Assembly (NCBI GenBank): GCA_039545335.1 | Contig: BCIN01000002.1 | Coordinates: 1,067,118-1,131,117 of the forward strand | DNA: 64,000 bases | Direction of reading: 5' to 3' | Source: Kondoa subrosea | Lineage: Eukaryota | Part shown: piece by piece, positions 32,329 to 44,734 of the stretch | Layout of the letters: the number at the start of each line of letters is the position of its first letter | Numbering within the stretch: position 1 is the first letter of the stretch | Translations under genes and position numbers: made by a program | The notes under the pieces: model-generated | Database searches by the model: none | Told to the model about the DNA's origin: nothing | What the model saw: the letters and a program-made list of their open reading frames with translations, nothing else

Positions 32329-32764
32329 ACTCGCTATCCAAGGCATGGGAAGACGGAATACGTGCGAGAGCTCACAGCAAATCATCCTGCTGTGCGCACG
32401 CAACGAGATGCAGTCCAGAGCTCAGCAAAGACAAGTCAATGTCCTTGCGATTTTAATCAATGGACAGGCTCAGGCTTCCAGGCAGTACAGAAAGACATAG
32501 CAATCTCAGTGCAGCGCTCGGGAGAGATATGAGCATATAGGAGGTGAACCTGACCGATTGACATGAAGTGGAAGTTCAGAATGTCGCACAGCCAGAGTGC
32601 AAGACGAGGCAGAGACACCAGTGATTTGGCTCTGCACAGAGAACAAGATGAAAGTACAACAGAAAGGTGGGATGAGATGACCAGGCATCAGGAGTGAATG
32701 TCGAGAAGCGAGAAATCAAGGCGGCAAGAGCAGTAGCAGCAATAACCATTCCGCTGTAACGCTT

Positions 32765-33681
32765 CTACGCAGGAGCCTTCTTCTTCTTATCCCTGTGGAA
32801 ACAGTCAGCTCTGCAATATTTTAAGCGACGAGTGACCGACTCTACGATTTCAACGTTGCTGCAAAAAGACATCAGCAATGGGTACACTAAAACATGACTA
32901 AAACGCACTCTTCTGGTACTTTACCTCCTCCTAGAACAGCAGCGACTTTAGGCGTCTTGTCTTGCAGCATTTCCTCCACCTTGAACACAATGAGCTTACG
33001 AACCTCTTAGCACGATGATTTGGGCTCACCTCGTCAGCCACATCTCCCTGTATCACAATCTCATCTTCTCCCTGGTTGTTCTTGCTCACGGAAGCTCCAG
33101 TAGCAAACTTGTTGGCAAAGAGTTTCGAAGCCTTCTTCAGGTCGATGTCTGTCAGTCAATACCGCTGTCTGATCAGATCTATACTGATTGCAGCTATATG
33201 AACCGACCAAATACTTCCAGACCATGTATAGCAGTAACATACTTGCGCTTATTCCGTTCAATGCGCTTGATGAGGACTTTTGAATTTTGACGCTTCTTCT
33301 CAGCTTTCTCGTCTTTCGCAATAGCTTTGGCTTCCTTCTTCCTCGCTTCCTTATCCAGGGAAGATTCAGCTAACTTTGGCTCGAGTCCAGTTTCACCCTC
33401 TTTGAGTTCTGCTTTACTATTAGGATCTGTAGATGAGGCTTGTGCAGCAGCAGAAGTAGATCCATAGATTGTAGCAAACAGATCAGGATGTTCAGATGAG
33501 AGCCAGGTCTTGCACCTGAGTTTCTACAAGTAAGCGCAAAGATCTGATAATGAGAAATGCGAATTGACTTGGACAGCCTGGATCCATATTGGCAGTACTC
33601 GGGTGGGAAAGTACATATAGCGCAGTATAGAGGTGTCTGCTCTTTAACGATCGTCTTCTGAGGTGTTGCTACTTCTGTCAT
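32765..33681 (-). CDS. TMA22: translation machinery-associated protein 22 / DENR (SUI1 domain), 6 exons
   Basis: [16 protein letters not shown]n motif, [55 protein letters not shown]. Ends DKKKKAPA*. Confidence 0.93.
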
Positions 33682-33780
33682 TCTTGGATGTAATGGAAAG
33701 ACAAGTGCATCATTTGTTACAATCTAAACTCTTCTGCCACACTGCTACACATCTCGATCATCCAAATATCCTCGATATTC

Positions 33781-35311
33781 TTATAGACGTGACTGAGGCG
33801 CTGCCTTGTTGAAATGATCTTGAGCAATATGCAGAACATCTTCAGCCTGCCGAGGAAAGTTCATTAGGTGCAGCATAGAAGTCAAAAGACAACGTACCAT
33901 GCCCCAACTACATTGGTAGCCAGCCTGTGAGATTCAAACCGATGCAGATGAGCAAAAAAACATCTTCAACGTGTCAATCCTCACCGGTCCAATGCCATAG
34001 CAGCTGTCGTAAACTCAGTACAATATACAGTATAATATAGAAGACACTTACTGTATTACAGGCACCGTCACACCTTTCGTATTCGCGCCTCGAGGTAATA
34101 GCGATTTCTTGGTAAGAGGCAGCTTGACCATTTCCTTTTCTAATCTTGGCCCACCTTTCCTACTTGGTCTAAGACCCACGTTGTGTGATATAATCTCTAT
34201 TCCTTCCACCCCATTACCGCTTGAAACGTTTGGATCTAAGGCATAGCATTTCTTGAGTATGTCTTGCGCTAAGTTATAGTCGACTGATAGACTAGGCAGA
34301 ATTTGTCAGCTCAGACGCATGGTGAACCGTGTTTTAAGACCGCTTACTCCCAATTGCCCACCTGGAAGCAACCACCTAGGATCACATTCCCGTTCGGCCT
34401 CGGTATAAGATAAGAAGCGCTAGGTTTTTCTAGACTATATTATCAGCCTCGATACTCACTTCTACGATGATGCAAGACTGACCATCAAGTTTACTTATTG
34501 TAGCCTTGACTTTCGGTGCGTGAACTAATATGGTTTGTCCTCGTATCGGTTCGACCTCTTGATCTTCCACGCCCAACAATGATTTCGCACCCAGAGCTGT
34601 ACAGTTGATGACCATAGAAGTACCAGGTACAGCAGCATAAGCATGTTCTAAGCTTGGCACCGTTCTCTTCGTTATCTGTACTCCACCTTCTCTTAATTTG
34701 TTTGCCAAAGCTTGAAGATAAGCAGGAGCATCCATTGTTAAAGTCATGAATTTAGCTCCGTAGCCAAAAGAAGGTGGGAGTTGAGATTTAGGAATCTCTT
34801 GATAATCCTTGAGGAAATCAGCAAACCAAACTGCTTCATCTGCTAATTCTTTGGAAGCGTAGTAATTGATTCCAGGTGTATCCATGATATGCATGGAAGA
34901 ACCTAAAGCTCTTAAAGCGTTGAAAGTGAATTTCTCCCAACCTTGCATTCGTCTGACAATCATCTGGAGCCTTAGTCAGTGTACGGACTAAATGAGGAAA
35001 CTTACAGATCGTCTTTCTTCGCAAAGGAAGCCCAATTCGCACCCTGTCATTACATTCTCAGCTTGACTCAAATCTTGAATAGTGGGAAACGGACAGCCCA
35101 AGGTGAAGCGAAGCCTTCGACCTGAATCAGCGATTTCCGAGAGTCTGGCATAACGGTGCATACCTTGCGACTGTACATCCTCTGGCAGATCTCTTGCAAA
35201 GATAGAAACATCGTATCCCGCTTCATGCAATTTGGCAGCGCATGATAAGCCGAGTACGCCTGCTCCAAGGACTGTGATTTTCTCTTTCTTGCTGCTGCTG
35301 CTGCTGCTCAT
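33781..35311 (-). CDS. D-amino-acid oxidase, peroxisomal, multi-exon
   Basis: [10 protein letters not shown] dinucleotide-binding motif, [52 protein letters not shown]-terminal PTS1 -SRL*. Confidence 0.92.
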
Positions 35312-35938
35312 TTGTACTGCTTGGTGGTTGAAAACAAAAGGCGAAAGCTTATCAGTTCGAAGCGAAAGCGGGGTAAGACCAATGCATTGACTGAATCAGA
35401 GCGAAGGACAGCAGCTATGATTACATGTGCAGCTATGTCTGATGCTTATCTGAAATCGATCGTTCGTCCTATGGCTGCGCTTGACGCCAACAACAATTGA
35501 AGCTGAACGAAGTAATCCGCGTACGTACCTTGTTCCAACGCCACTTGAGTAGATGTACTGGGAAGAGCAGTGTGAGGTAAAGAAATCCAAGCTAGTCCGA
35601 GTTTCCTTCAATACAGGTGAGTGAATGCGAAAGTAAATCTACGCGACAGCATTCGCTTCGCAAGTCTATGGCGACAGGAACGCATGGAGACTGCCGTAAG
35701 CACGTGAGGAGAAGTACGATAGAGAGATAAAAGCACTGCCTCTCCGACGTGATTGAAATGACATGAACATTGAACAGCCTCAGGGCAAATGGTGACACTG
35801 CCACCATGAATACAGAATATGAAGGGACAGGTCCTCTTCTCCTTCCTCATATCATACTCACTCGCATACATCTGTCCAAGCAAGCGAACGAAACGGAATA
35901 CAAGAGACAACAGAACTTCAAACAGAAACAACGAAACC

Positions 35939-38100
35939 ATGGGAACGAAATCTGGCTTATTGATAGCGGCTGTTGGCATAGCGATCGCTATCCATTCGTA
36001 AGCTTAAAGATACTTCTGCTGGAACCAAACGCTGACAGGCATATCGCAGTCACAGGAAGAAAGCACAACAAGGCAAGATTGCAGCTGGTCCTACTCCGGC
36101 TTATGCTGCTGCTCAAGGGCCTGCATCTTCTTCTGGATTGCTTAGAGATGCTTCTGTCATTTATCATCGTAAGCTGCAACTCTCTTCGGTTGCAATTAAT
36201 TCGCTCAAATGACATGTTGGATGGCCATAGATCTCTGCGAAGGAGTCTTGGATCAACATCTTGAACCTTTCTACCCACCTAATTCGTATCAACTCCAGCA
36301 AATTGCAGACAGGATTGCTCAAACTGGAGCTCTGGAACAAGTAGCTCATGCTTGGAATCTACCACCTCAGTTTGCTTTGGATCTTGTGCGACTAGCTCTC
36401 TTCGATGTCGTCCTTCTCGTGGACGATTCTTCTTCTATGCGAAGCGGGAACAGAATGCAGGAAATGCAGACCATCGTCTCGGAAATTGCCTTCTGCTGCG
36501 GGACTTTTGATAGCGATGGGATTGAGATCAGATTCATGAACTCTAACGATGGAGGTAACGTGAGTTGACGTCTTTTAAGCGTCATATTGTACTGAGGTTT
36601 GAAGGCAGAACATCAGAAATGCTGGAGACGTTGCTGCTGTTTTGGCTCGCAATCCACCCAATGGGTAGGCTCTATGCTTAAAAAGCTGTGCCATACTGAC
36701 AAATACAAGCAGAATGACTCCTATGGGTGCTAGCATGAGGTATTCCTTGATATGACCGGCATTTGACACAAAGTCTGACCTCGTATATAGGGACAAGATT
36801 CTTCGTCCTTTGATCGTCGACAGAGCTCGTCAAGGCACTCTCCGCAAACCAGTACTAGTTCTGACTCTCACGGACGGTGCTGCTTCGGATCGACCAAGTG
36901 ACACAATCGAATCCGTTATCTTCAATGCTAAGCAAGACCTGAAGAACACTCGCTATACTGATAATGCGGCTTCTTTTGCTTTCTCTCAAGTCGGTAATGA
37001 TGAAGGAGCAATTCAGTTCCTGAGTGATTTGGATGATAATGCTCGGGTTGGTGAAATGATTGACGTGAGTCATCGCTTCTGTTTCTTGTAATACAGATAT
37101 TTGAATTCTACTTGATTCAGGTCACTTCCAATGCAGAACATGAAACGAAGCAAGTGTTGAAAGCTATGGACAAAAAGTCCGACAAGTTGCCTGCTGAGTG
37201 GAAAAACATTAAAGATTCAGTCAAATCAGACAGACAAGTCTGGGAAACTCTGTTCAGGATGAAACGTCTTGTTGGTGGTGTGCATTCGGTGAGTTCCAAT
37301 CATTTCTTTCACGGCCGCAGCTCATTATTTTCCCCAGTGGTACGATGCTACGGACGAGAAGAAGAACAGCAAGCGCAGCAGCTGGCTAGGCGGTGATAAA
37401 GATCCAGGTATGCTTCTGGTTTTTGGATCGATCGTCTCGCTCAGTCATTTTCCTGCAGTGTATCGCCCTCATTGGTCTGAGCAAAAAGATTTCCAAGCTA
37501 GATCCGAAGCTCTGCACTCTCAACGCGGCTATCATCCATACCGACCACAAGCTGCAAATGCCGGTTACGCACCGCAACAGCAATACAATGGCCAGCAACA
37601 AGGATCCAGAGATGCTTTTGCTTCACCACCTCCTTCTGCTCCTATGCCTCCTCCTATGCAACAATACAACTCAGGTTATCATAACAATTCGGGATATAAT
37701 AGTGGATATAATCAAGCTCCACCACCTCAGCAGAACTTTGGATTCCCTCAGAACGATTACCAATCTAATGGATTTCCTCCACAAGGCGGATACGACCAAC
37801 AGAACAACGGTTACTCGCAGCAGCAACCTATGCAAGGTGGCTTCCAACCAATGCACGGAGGCTTCCAACCAGCAAATCAAGGTGAGTTTCTACTCCGCAA
37901 TTTCTTACGCGATAAATTAGGACGCGCTGATTTGTTGATGTCTCTCAGCTTATGGCGCTCCTCCTGCCGCTCAAGGCTTCTCTGGACCAGACCCTTACTA
38001 CAATGGCGCACCGCAGCAACAGCAAGGCTATGGGTATCAGCAGAATCAAGCGTATGGCAATCAACAACCGCCTTTCAATTTCCCGACACCTCAGTATTAG
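35939..38100 (+). CDS. von Willebrand factor A domain protein with Q/N/G/Y/P-rich C-terminus, multi-exon
   Basis: MIDAS motif VLLVDDSSSM, DSDGIEIRFMN, TPMG, KPVLVLTLTDG, FSQVGND..AIQFLSDLD. Hydrophobic N-terminus. Stop TAG 38098-38100. Confidence 0.8.
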
Positions 38101-38331
38101 CTTGCCCCCATAGCCCTTGTAAAGCCATTGATGTACCATTGTAGTAGTGCTGTTCGCTCTTGTGTCTGCAGAACTTTTCAGATGTCCTTCTGATCTTTGT
38201 AGTCGAAAATCTTTATAAACTCGAAACCGCCGAAACTCATCTTGCCCTCAAACCGTTCTCTTTCTTCTGGAAGGCGAACCTCTCTTTTACACTGCGCTTG
38301 AGCTGACTACACCTTTGTGACTGCCACAACA

Positions 38332-41300
38332 ATGGGAGATGCTAATCAAACGTGAGCCGCAATGTCTTGCATTACTCAGATGTACATGAGTCGCTGACCT
38401 GCTTGTCTTGCTATGCCACAGTGAACGCATTGTGATCTCTGATAACACTCCTACCGATGGCTCAGAAGTTCGTATGCTCTCGCTTCATCTGTTCTCATGC
38501 ATGTCTGAAACTGACTTGTTTCCTTATGCTAGCTCTCGCTCGAAGGCCAGAAACCATCAGTTGTGGTCAACGAACTAAGATTGGTGTCAATGCCTTCTCA
38601 GGTGAGTTTCTGCATGTTTCAGTAACCGTAGCATGTTAGCTAACTTCATGCTGCGGTGTGATCAGTCAAAGAGCTACCTCATTTCATCGTCTTCCACTAT
38701 GATGTATGTTCTCTCCTCTGACCCATTTAGTCTCTCTTCTCTTACGTACCCAAACAGATTCAAATCACTCCCTTGAGAAAAGGCGAAACCAGTCGCCGCA
38801 GCACTGACAAAGATCTTCCACCTGAAGTCTCTCGTCGAGTTGTAGAGTACATGACTCAAACTCAACGTATGTTTGGTGACGAGAACATGCATGTCGGTTT
38901 CGACGGAAAACGAAACCTGTACGCTCGCGACAAGCTGGCCGAAGGCGATAACAAAGCTTTCGAGTCGCAAGCTGTGAGTCTGTTTGATTGCGCTTCTGGC
39001 TAGTTGTTCATCAATATTGACCTGCAGTGGGAACTGACGATTCCTGACGATGAAGAACCTGAACAAAATGGTCATTCGAATGGTCGTTCTCATGGTCGTC
39101 CTAATGGTCACTCCAATGGTCATTCGAACGGTGATTCAAATGGCGATGCCAAACCTCGAGGTCAAGGTTTCAATGTGCGAGTGAGTTTTCGCTTATTGTC
39201 TTGCTTTGCCTTTTTTCATTGATCACCAATAGATGAAACATGTCGGTACTATCGACTTGAGCGATCTAAACCGTTTCCTAGGTGGATCAGTATCTTCTAC
39301 CGAAGGTATTCAGCTCTCGTTGATGGCTTTGAACGTCTTGATCAACACTATGCCTGCCTACACTTACCCAAGCAAGAAGACTTCTTTCTTCCCTCCTGAC
39401 ATCCAACGTGACTCTACTGCTCAACATGCTGCCAGTAAGTCATTCTTTCATACCTGGATGTGTTCAATTGGTGTGACAGTTGTACCTTACAGGTTCTAGA
39501 GGTCGAGGTGGTGGAGTGAGATCGTCCTTTGCTTCTTTGAGTGCTAGCTGATGCAATTCACAGCGAGGTGGTAGAGGTGGTGGACGAGGTGGATTTGGCG
39601 GAGGCGGAGGACTTCCTCAGTCGACTGAATCTGGTGCTTTTGCCTTGTCAAAGGGTATTGAGTGAGTTTCTCGTATGCAGTGCTATAGATTCTCTTGACG
39701 TGTGGAACTTCTCACAGAGTTTGGCGTGGATACTTCACGTAGGCTTGAGGCTGCCATGGCTATGGCTACTCTAATTTCTTGCTATGCAGCTCTTTGCGTC
39801 CCACGTTGGGCAAGCTAATTGTCAACGTTGATATTACTCATCAGGCATGTTTACCAGATCTCGACTCTTCTGCCATTGCTGATCTGCGAACGATTAAATA
39901 CAGCCCTTCGTCTCTGCTGGTTCTATGATCCAAGTCGCCCTCGCTATCACTGGTGGTCGCGATCCTCGCAACTTGGTCTCTGAAATGTCTGATCGTCGTC
40001 GTGGTTGGATCGAGCTCGAACGAGTTCTCAAAGGCGCTCAAATCAAGTGCCGATACGGTGCTTCTAGCACAGATGTACATCGTCGTAAAATCAAGGAACT
40101 CGGTAAAGTCGGTGCCAATAAGCAAATCTTCGAGTTCAATGGTACTCGCATGTCTGTGGCCGAATACTGGCAGCGTACTTACAACTCTCGTCTCGAGCAT
40201 CCCGATCTACCTTGTATCCGTGTCAGTGCTACAGCTTGTGAGTAATAACGTGTTTATCTTTTTTTTAATGCTGATTTTCTGCGCACAGGGTATCCAATCG
40301 AAGTTTGCGATCTTATGGTCGGTAACAAATACAATCGTACTCTTTCGCCAGATCAGGTAGCTCAAGCGATCAAGTTCACTACCGTCAAACCTCGCGAGCG
40401 TATGGAATTCATCAACAAGATCAGATTCCTTTCTCCGACTACCAACCCTGCTTTGAAAGATTGGGGAATGGATTTCGAAACTAGATCGATGGAGATCGAG
40501 GCTACCATCTTAGACCCTCCTACTATCAAGCTTAAGGAGTATGTACTTTTACTGATCCTCCCGAGCCTGCATTGAATACCCGCGTCAGTCACCGCGGTGG
40601 TCGCGATCGAACTCTGTGAGCCTTTCTCAGTCTATCGATCGAAAGGCCAACTTCTGACTTCCTTCTAGCACTCCTGCAGAAGGTGCTTGGAACCCAACTC
40701 GAGAAAAGCTAGGCTTCTTCAGACCTGCTGTGCTCAATCACTGGGCTGTTGTCGTCTTCAAGGACGAACGCAACAGTTTCTTTGCTCGAAGAGAAGCTCA
40801 ACAATCCATTCAAGAGCTGTGCCGAGCCATGTCTGAATCTGGCATGGATGTCACCAACACCGCTCCCGAGATTATCTTCAGTATGTCTGCGTTCTGTTAC
40901 CTTGTTCTCCCCTTTAATCTCTATTGCCAGCCGGCAACGATGAATACAACGATGTTGCTCAAATCTTCAAGAGAGTCGGCAAAGATCACTACACGAGATA
41001 CAGCGCAGTCCCTCAGCTTATCGTATGCTACTTGGCTAAGCAAAACTGCCCCGACTATGCTGCCATCAAACGCTTTGGTGACATCGAACATGGGGTGGCT
41101 ACTCAATGCATGTCGATTGAAAAGGTCAAGACCAAGGGCAATGGTGTTTACTACGCCAATGTCGCTCTCAAAATCAATCCTAAGTTGGCTGGTGTCAACC
41201 AAATCCTGGACTCTGGATCTTTGCAAGGCTTCGATGACGTCCCTTCAATGATCTTCGGCGCTGATGTAACTCACCCACCTCCTGACTCTCGTGACCCTTC

Positions 41301-42441
41301 AGTCTCTGCTTTGGTCGGATCAATGGATCGATATGCAGCTTCTTACGGTACCACTACTCGAATCCAGTCTGCTCGTGTTGAAAACATTGAGAACCTGGAA
41401 GACATGTGCACGGATTTACTCAAGATGTTCGAGCAGAAGAACAATCGCAAGCCTCAACGAATCATCGTATACCGAGACGGTGTCTCTGAGGGTCAATTCC
41501 AGATTGTTATGCGCAAAGGTCCGCTCTCATGTTTCTCCACTGATCTAACGGAATGTTAATGTCCTATTGCAGAGGTTACTGCTTTCAAGGCTGCATTGCA
41601 AAAATTCAACAATGGTGGCGCTCCTATAAAGATCACTTATATCGTTGCTGCCAAACGCCGTATGTCCCCGACCTGTCTTGCATTTTTACTTGAATCTGAG
41701 CTGTACATCAGATCACTTCCGCTTCTTCCCTACGAGTGACCGTGACGCAGAACGCAGCGGCAATGTCAAGGCTGGTACTGTGAGCTGGTCTCTTGCTTGT
41801 CACGTCTAAGCATAATACTTACAAGAGGCTTTGTAGTGTATTGATCGCGATATCACAGATCCTACTTCTTGGGACTGGTACCTGCAATCTCATGGCGGTT
41901 TATTGGGAACCTCTCGAAGCTCGCATTACACCGTTCTGCTCGGTCAGTCATTGCAGCAGCTATCTCATCGTTCGCTGACCTGGACATGCATACAGATGAG
42001 AACAAGTTCTCGGCCAATCAGATTACTTCGCTTTCCTACAACTTGTGCTACTTGTACGCTCGCAGTACTCGTTCCGTCTCTATCGTCACTCCTTGGTCAG
42101 CTTATTTGCTCTTTTGCTAATCTATTGAGAACGCTAAATTCGTGTTCAGCTATTACGCTCATCATGCTTGCGTTCGTGCCAAGTTGTTGGCTCAACCTCA
42201 AAATGAAGATGCTCAGTCTTCCTTCTCAAACGCTTCACGCGGTTCTCAAGAGTCTGCTGAGCGTCAAAAGGTGAGTCGCCTCGGTTGCTAATGAGATGAA
42301 GTCTGACCTCGGGATACAGCAATTGGATGCTTACAACTCCAATATGAAGCCTCTTCACAACAAGATCTCTGATGTAAGTCCTGATTCATCAGTCGCTCTT
42401 TCACTAGCTTATTCCTCTTACAGACTCTTTACTTCCTTTGA
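38332..42441 (+). CDS. Argonaute (QDE-2/Ago1-like), ~20 short introns
   Basis: N domain ([19 protein letters not shown]), LWRGYFTSLRP...VNVD, PAZ ([25 protein letters not shown]), MID ([20 protein letters not shown]), PIWI ([62 protein letters not shown]). Ends TLYFL*. Confidence 0.96.
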
Positions 42442-42668
42442 TTGGGAAATCTCTGTACTATCTTTGCTCTCTGTATAATATTGGGTCGTCGGTTTTCTGG
42501 GATTGGATAGACTACGGGAAGAACAACAGGATTGAAATGACAAGGCTTTTATGTCAATATTTGCATGCCACTGACGCTGCTGTCTGGCTTATACGGTAAT
42601 CCTCCGTTGCCTTTTCGCGCAGGACATTTTGACCAGATTCGGTCTCAATTCTCTACAACGGAGCTGAA

Positions 42669-43468
42669 GATGAAGCGTTCCACAAGACGAATCAAGTTGG
42701 ACTCAGCCAGGGACAACAGGCAGATCCTTCGCTCTTCGTCTGATGAAATCGTCATGCAACATTTAGTGAAGCTGATTGTGACCAACTCTCGAATCAATCG
42801 TATAGCTTACGAAGCAAAGGAGACTCAAGACTTCATTGAGGCCGAAGAGCAGCTCTCGAATGCATTGAGGGAGAGACTTGCTTTGCAAAGGCAACGACGC
42901 GACGACGTTAGAGCACAGGCTTTGGCAGAGCGCCGTCAAGAATACCTCGCAGCGGGTGCGGAACGCGATAAAGCTATCACAGCCTATCAGCGACAGCCTC
43001 AACGCTATGAAGACATCGATACAGTCAGCTTCGAGGCAGCTAATGGCTCGTATTCGAGCTGTCGAGCAAAATGACCAATTCTGGGACAAGTCTATACAAG
43101 ATGCTACAGATCGATTCAATAGTCATGTAGGCGAAAAGAAAGCTGAACACGCTCAGGTCCTAAAGATGTCAAGCGAAACCTGCTTGTCTAGAAAAGGGGT
43201 TTCCTGTGTCAAGGCGCGCGACATTATAGCCGAGGCTGAACGTTCGTTGCGCGAAGCTGGCAATGTCTACATCATCCAAGCAGATCGAGTAGAAAGATCT
43301 GTATTCTACGCCAGGCAACGAGATCCTTTACAGCGGCTTCAGTATCCGGCTTTATTCCAAGATGAATGTGAGCTGCAAAGGACTTCTGGTCTGAGTTACT
43401 GTCTGACTGTTTTGATAGTACGAGAGCTGATCATCCTCAATCTAGCATTTCGCAAGGAAAGTCAGTAG
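42669..43468 (+). pseudogene. coiled-coil hypothetical protein with an apparent 1-nt frameshift near 42985
   Basis: Helical ORF ...ERDKAITA continues as ISDSLNAMKTSIQSASRQLMARIRAVEQ only in the next frame. No intron signals are seen at the junction. Confidence 0.45.
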
Positions 43469-43735
43469 AATCAAAGCTTCTCGATTCAAAGTCTCCCGGT
43501 GTCAATTACCTCTATTCCCGTTGTACAACTTTGCGATCATCTTTCTTGCACCCTCATCGTTCGCTATTCCCTACTTATGGTGAATTGCGAGTCGAATCTG
43601 TTTTGTGACCATCCGCGATATTGATCCTTTCTACCATCAATCTTTGCTTGTTCGACTGTTGCAAGGTAGGTGCACCCAGAATAGGCTTCCTCGGGCCGAT
43701 GAGTAGCGCAGGATTCGGAAGTGCTCGGCAAAAGT

Positions 43736-44262
43736 ATTGAACGGCACAAGCGCAAGTATGTTACTGCTATACATGGTCTGGAAGTTTTTGGTCAGTTCAT
43801 ATCTTTGCAATCAATATGTAGTTGATTGTCATGAGTTTGAAACGACAGACATCGACCTGAAGAAGGCTTCGAAACTCTTTGCCAACAAGTTTGCTACTGG
43901 CGCTTCCGTAAGCGAGAACAACCAGGGCGAAGATAAGATTGTGATACAGGGAGATGTGGCCGATGAGGTGCGCCTAGGTCATTCTGCTGTGGGCTTCTCA
44001 AGCTCATTATATTTCAAGGTTGAGGAAATGCTGCAAGACAAGACGCCTAAAGTCGCTGCTGTTCTAGGAGGAGGCAAAGTACCAGAAGAGTGCGTTCTGA
44101 TCAGTGTACCAGAAGAGTGCGTTCTGATCAGTGTTCTAGTGTACCTTTACTGATGTCTCTTTTGCAGTAATGTCGAAATCGTAGAGTCGGTCTTTTGTTG
44201 CTCAGTATGACACAGAGCTGACTTTTTTCCACAGGGATAAGAAGAAGAAGGCTCCTGCGTAG
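43736..44262 (+). pseudogene. 5'-truncated TMA22/DENR copy (SUI1-domain exons only)
   Basis: [33 protein letters not shown]...DKKKKAPA*. The start codon and N-terminal Zn motif are missing; frame and splice sites are intact. Confidence 0.8.
44079..44132 (+). repeat. 27-bp perfect tandem duplication spanning a splice donor
   Basis: GTACCAGAAGAGTGCGTTCTGATCAGT x2. Single in copy A. Confidence 0.9.
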
Positions 44263-44734
44263 AAGCGTTGCAGCGGAATGGTTATTGCTGCTGCTACTGC
44301 TGCGCTTGCTACCTTGATTTCTCTTTTCTCGATAGTTCTGTCTGGTGAAGTCGTCTCACCTCTTTGTTGTGCTTCTTCTTGTCCTCTGCACGTGAGCCAT
44401 ATTACTGGTGTCTCTGCTTTGTCTTTTACTCTGGCTGTCCGACATTCTGAACTTCCACTTCATGTTCATCGGTCAGATTCACCCCTTATATGCTCATATC
44501 TCTCCCGAGCGCTGCACTTGGATTGCTATGTGTCTCTGGACTGCCATGGAAGCCTGGCCCTGTGTATTTTCACAACCGCAAAGACATTGACTTGTCTTTG
44601 CTGAGCCTCGGGACTGCATCTCTTTGCGTAGGCATGATCCGCTGTTTGTTCGCGCGTTGGCTGCCTATCTCCTCATGCTAAAATAGCGAGCAAAAAAGAA
44701 GCACGAAACAAGGACCGCCGAGCAAAAGATAAGG

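Larger units (their letters stand above)
31268..33262 (+). repeat. ~2 kb inverted segmental duplication, copy A (pairs with 43736-45719)
   Basis: Starts CGGTTTGAGGTGACTTTGAAAAGG (reverse complement of 45696-45719) and ends ...CCGTTCAAT (reverse complement of 43736 onward). Colinear throughout, with substitutions and small indels. Confidence 0.95.

Noticed and set aside
31940..32532. ORFs overlapping the tRNA (e.g. 31986-32213, 32214-32456, 44804-45076)
   Set aside because: Similarity between copies just reflects the duplication and tRNA conservation. Frames and lengths are not preserved.
44278..44604. 108-aa ORF with a hydrophobic N-terminus after the DENR stop
   Set aside because: The frame is not conserved in copy A. 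Probably 3' UTR.
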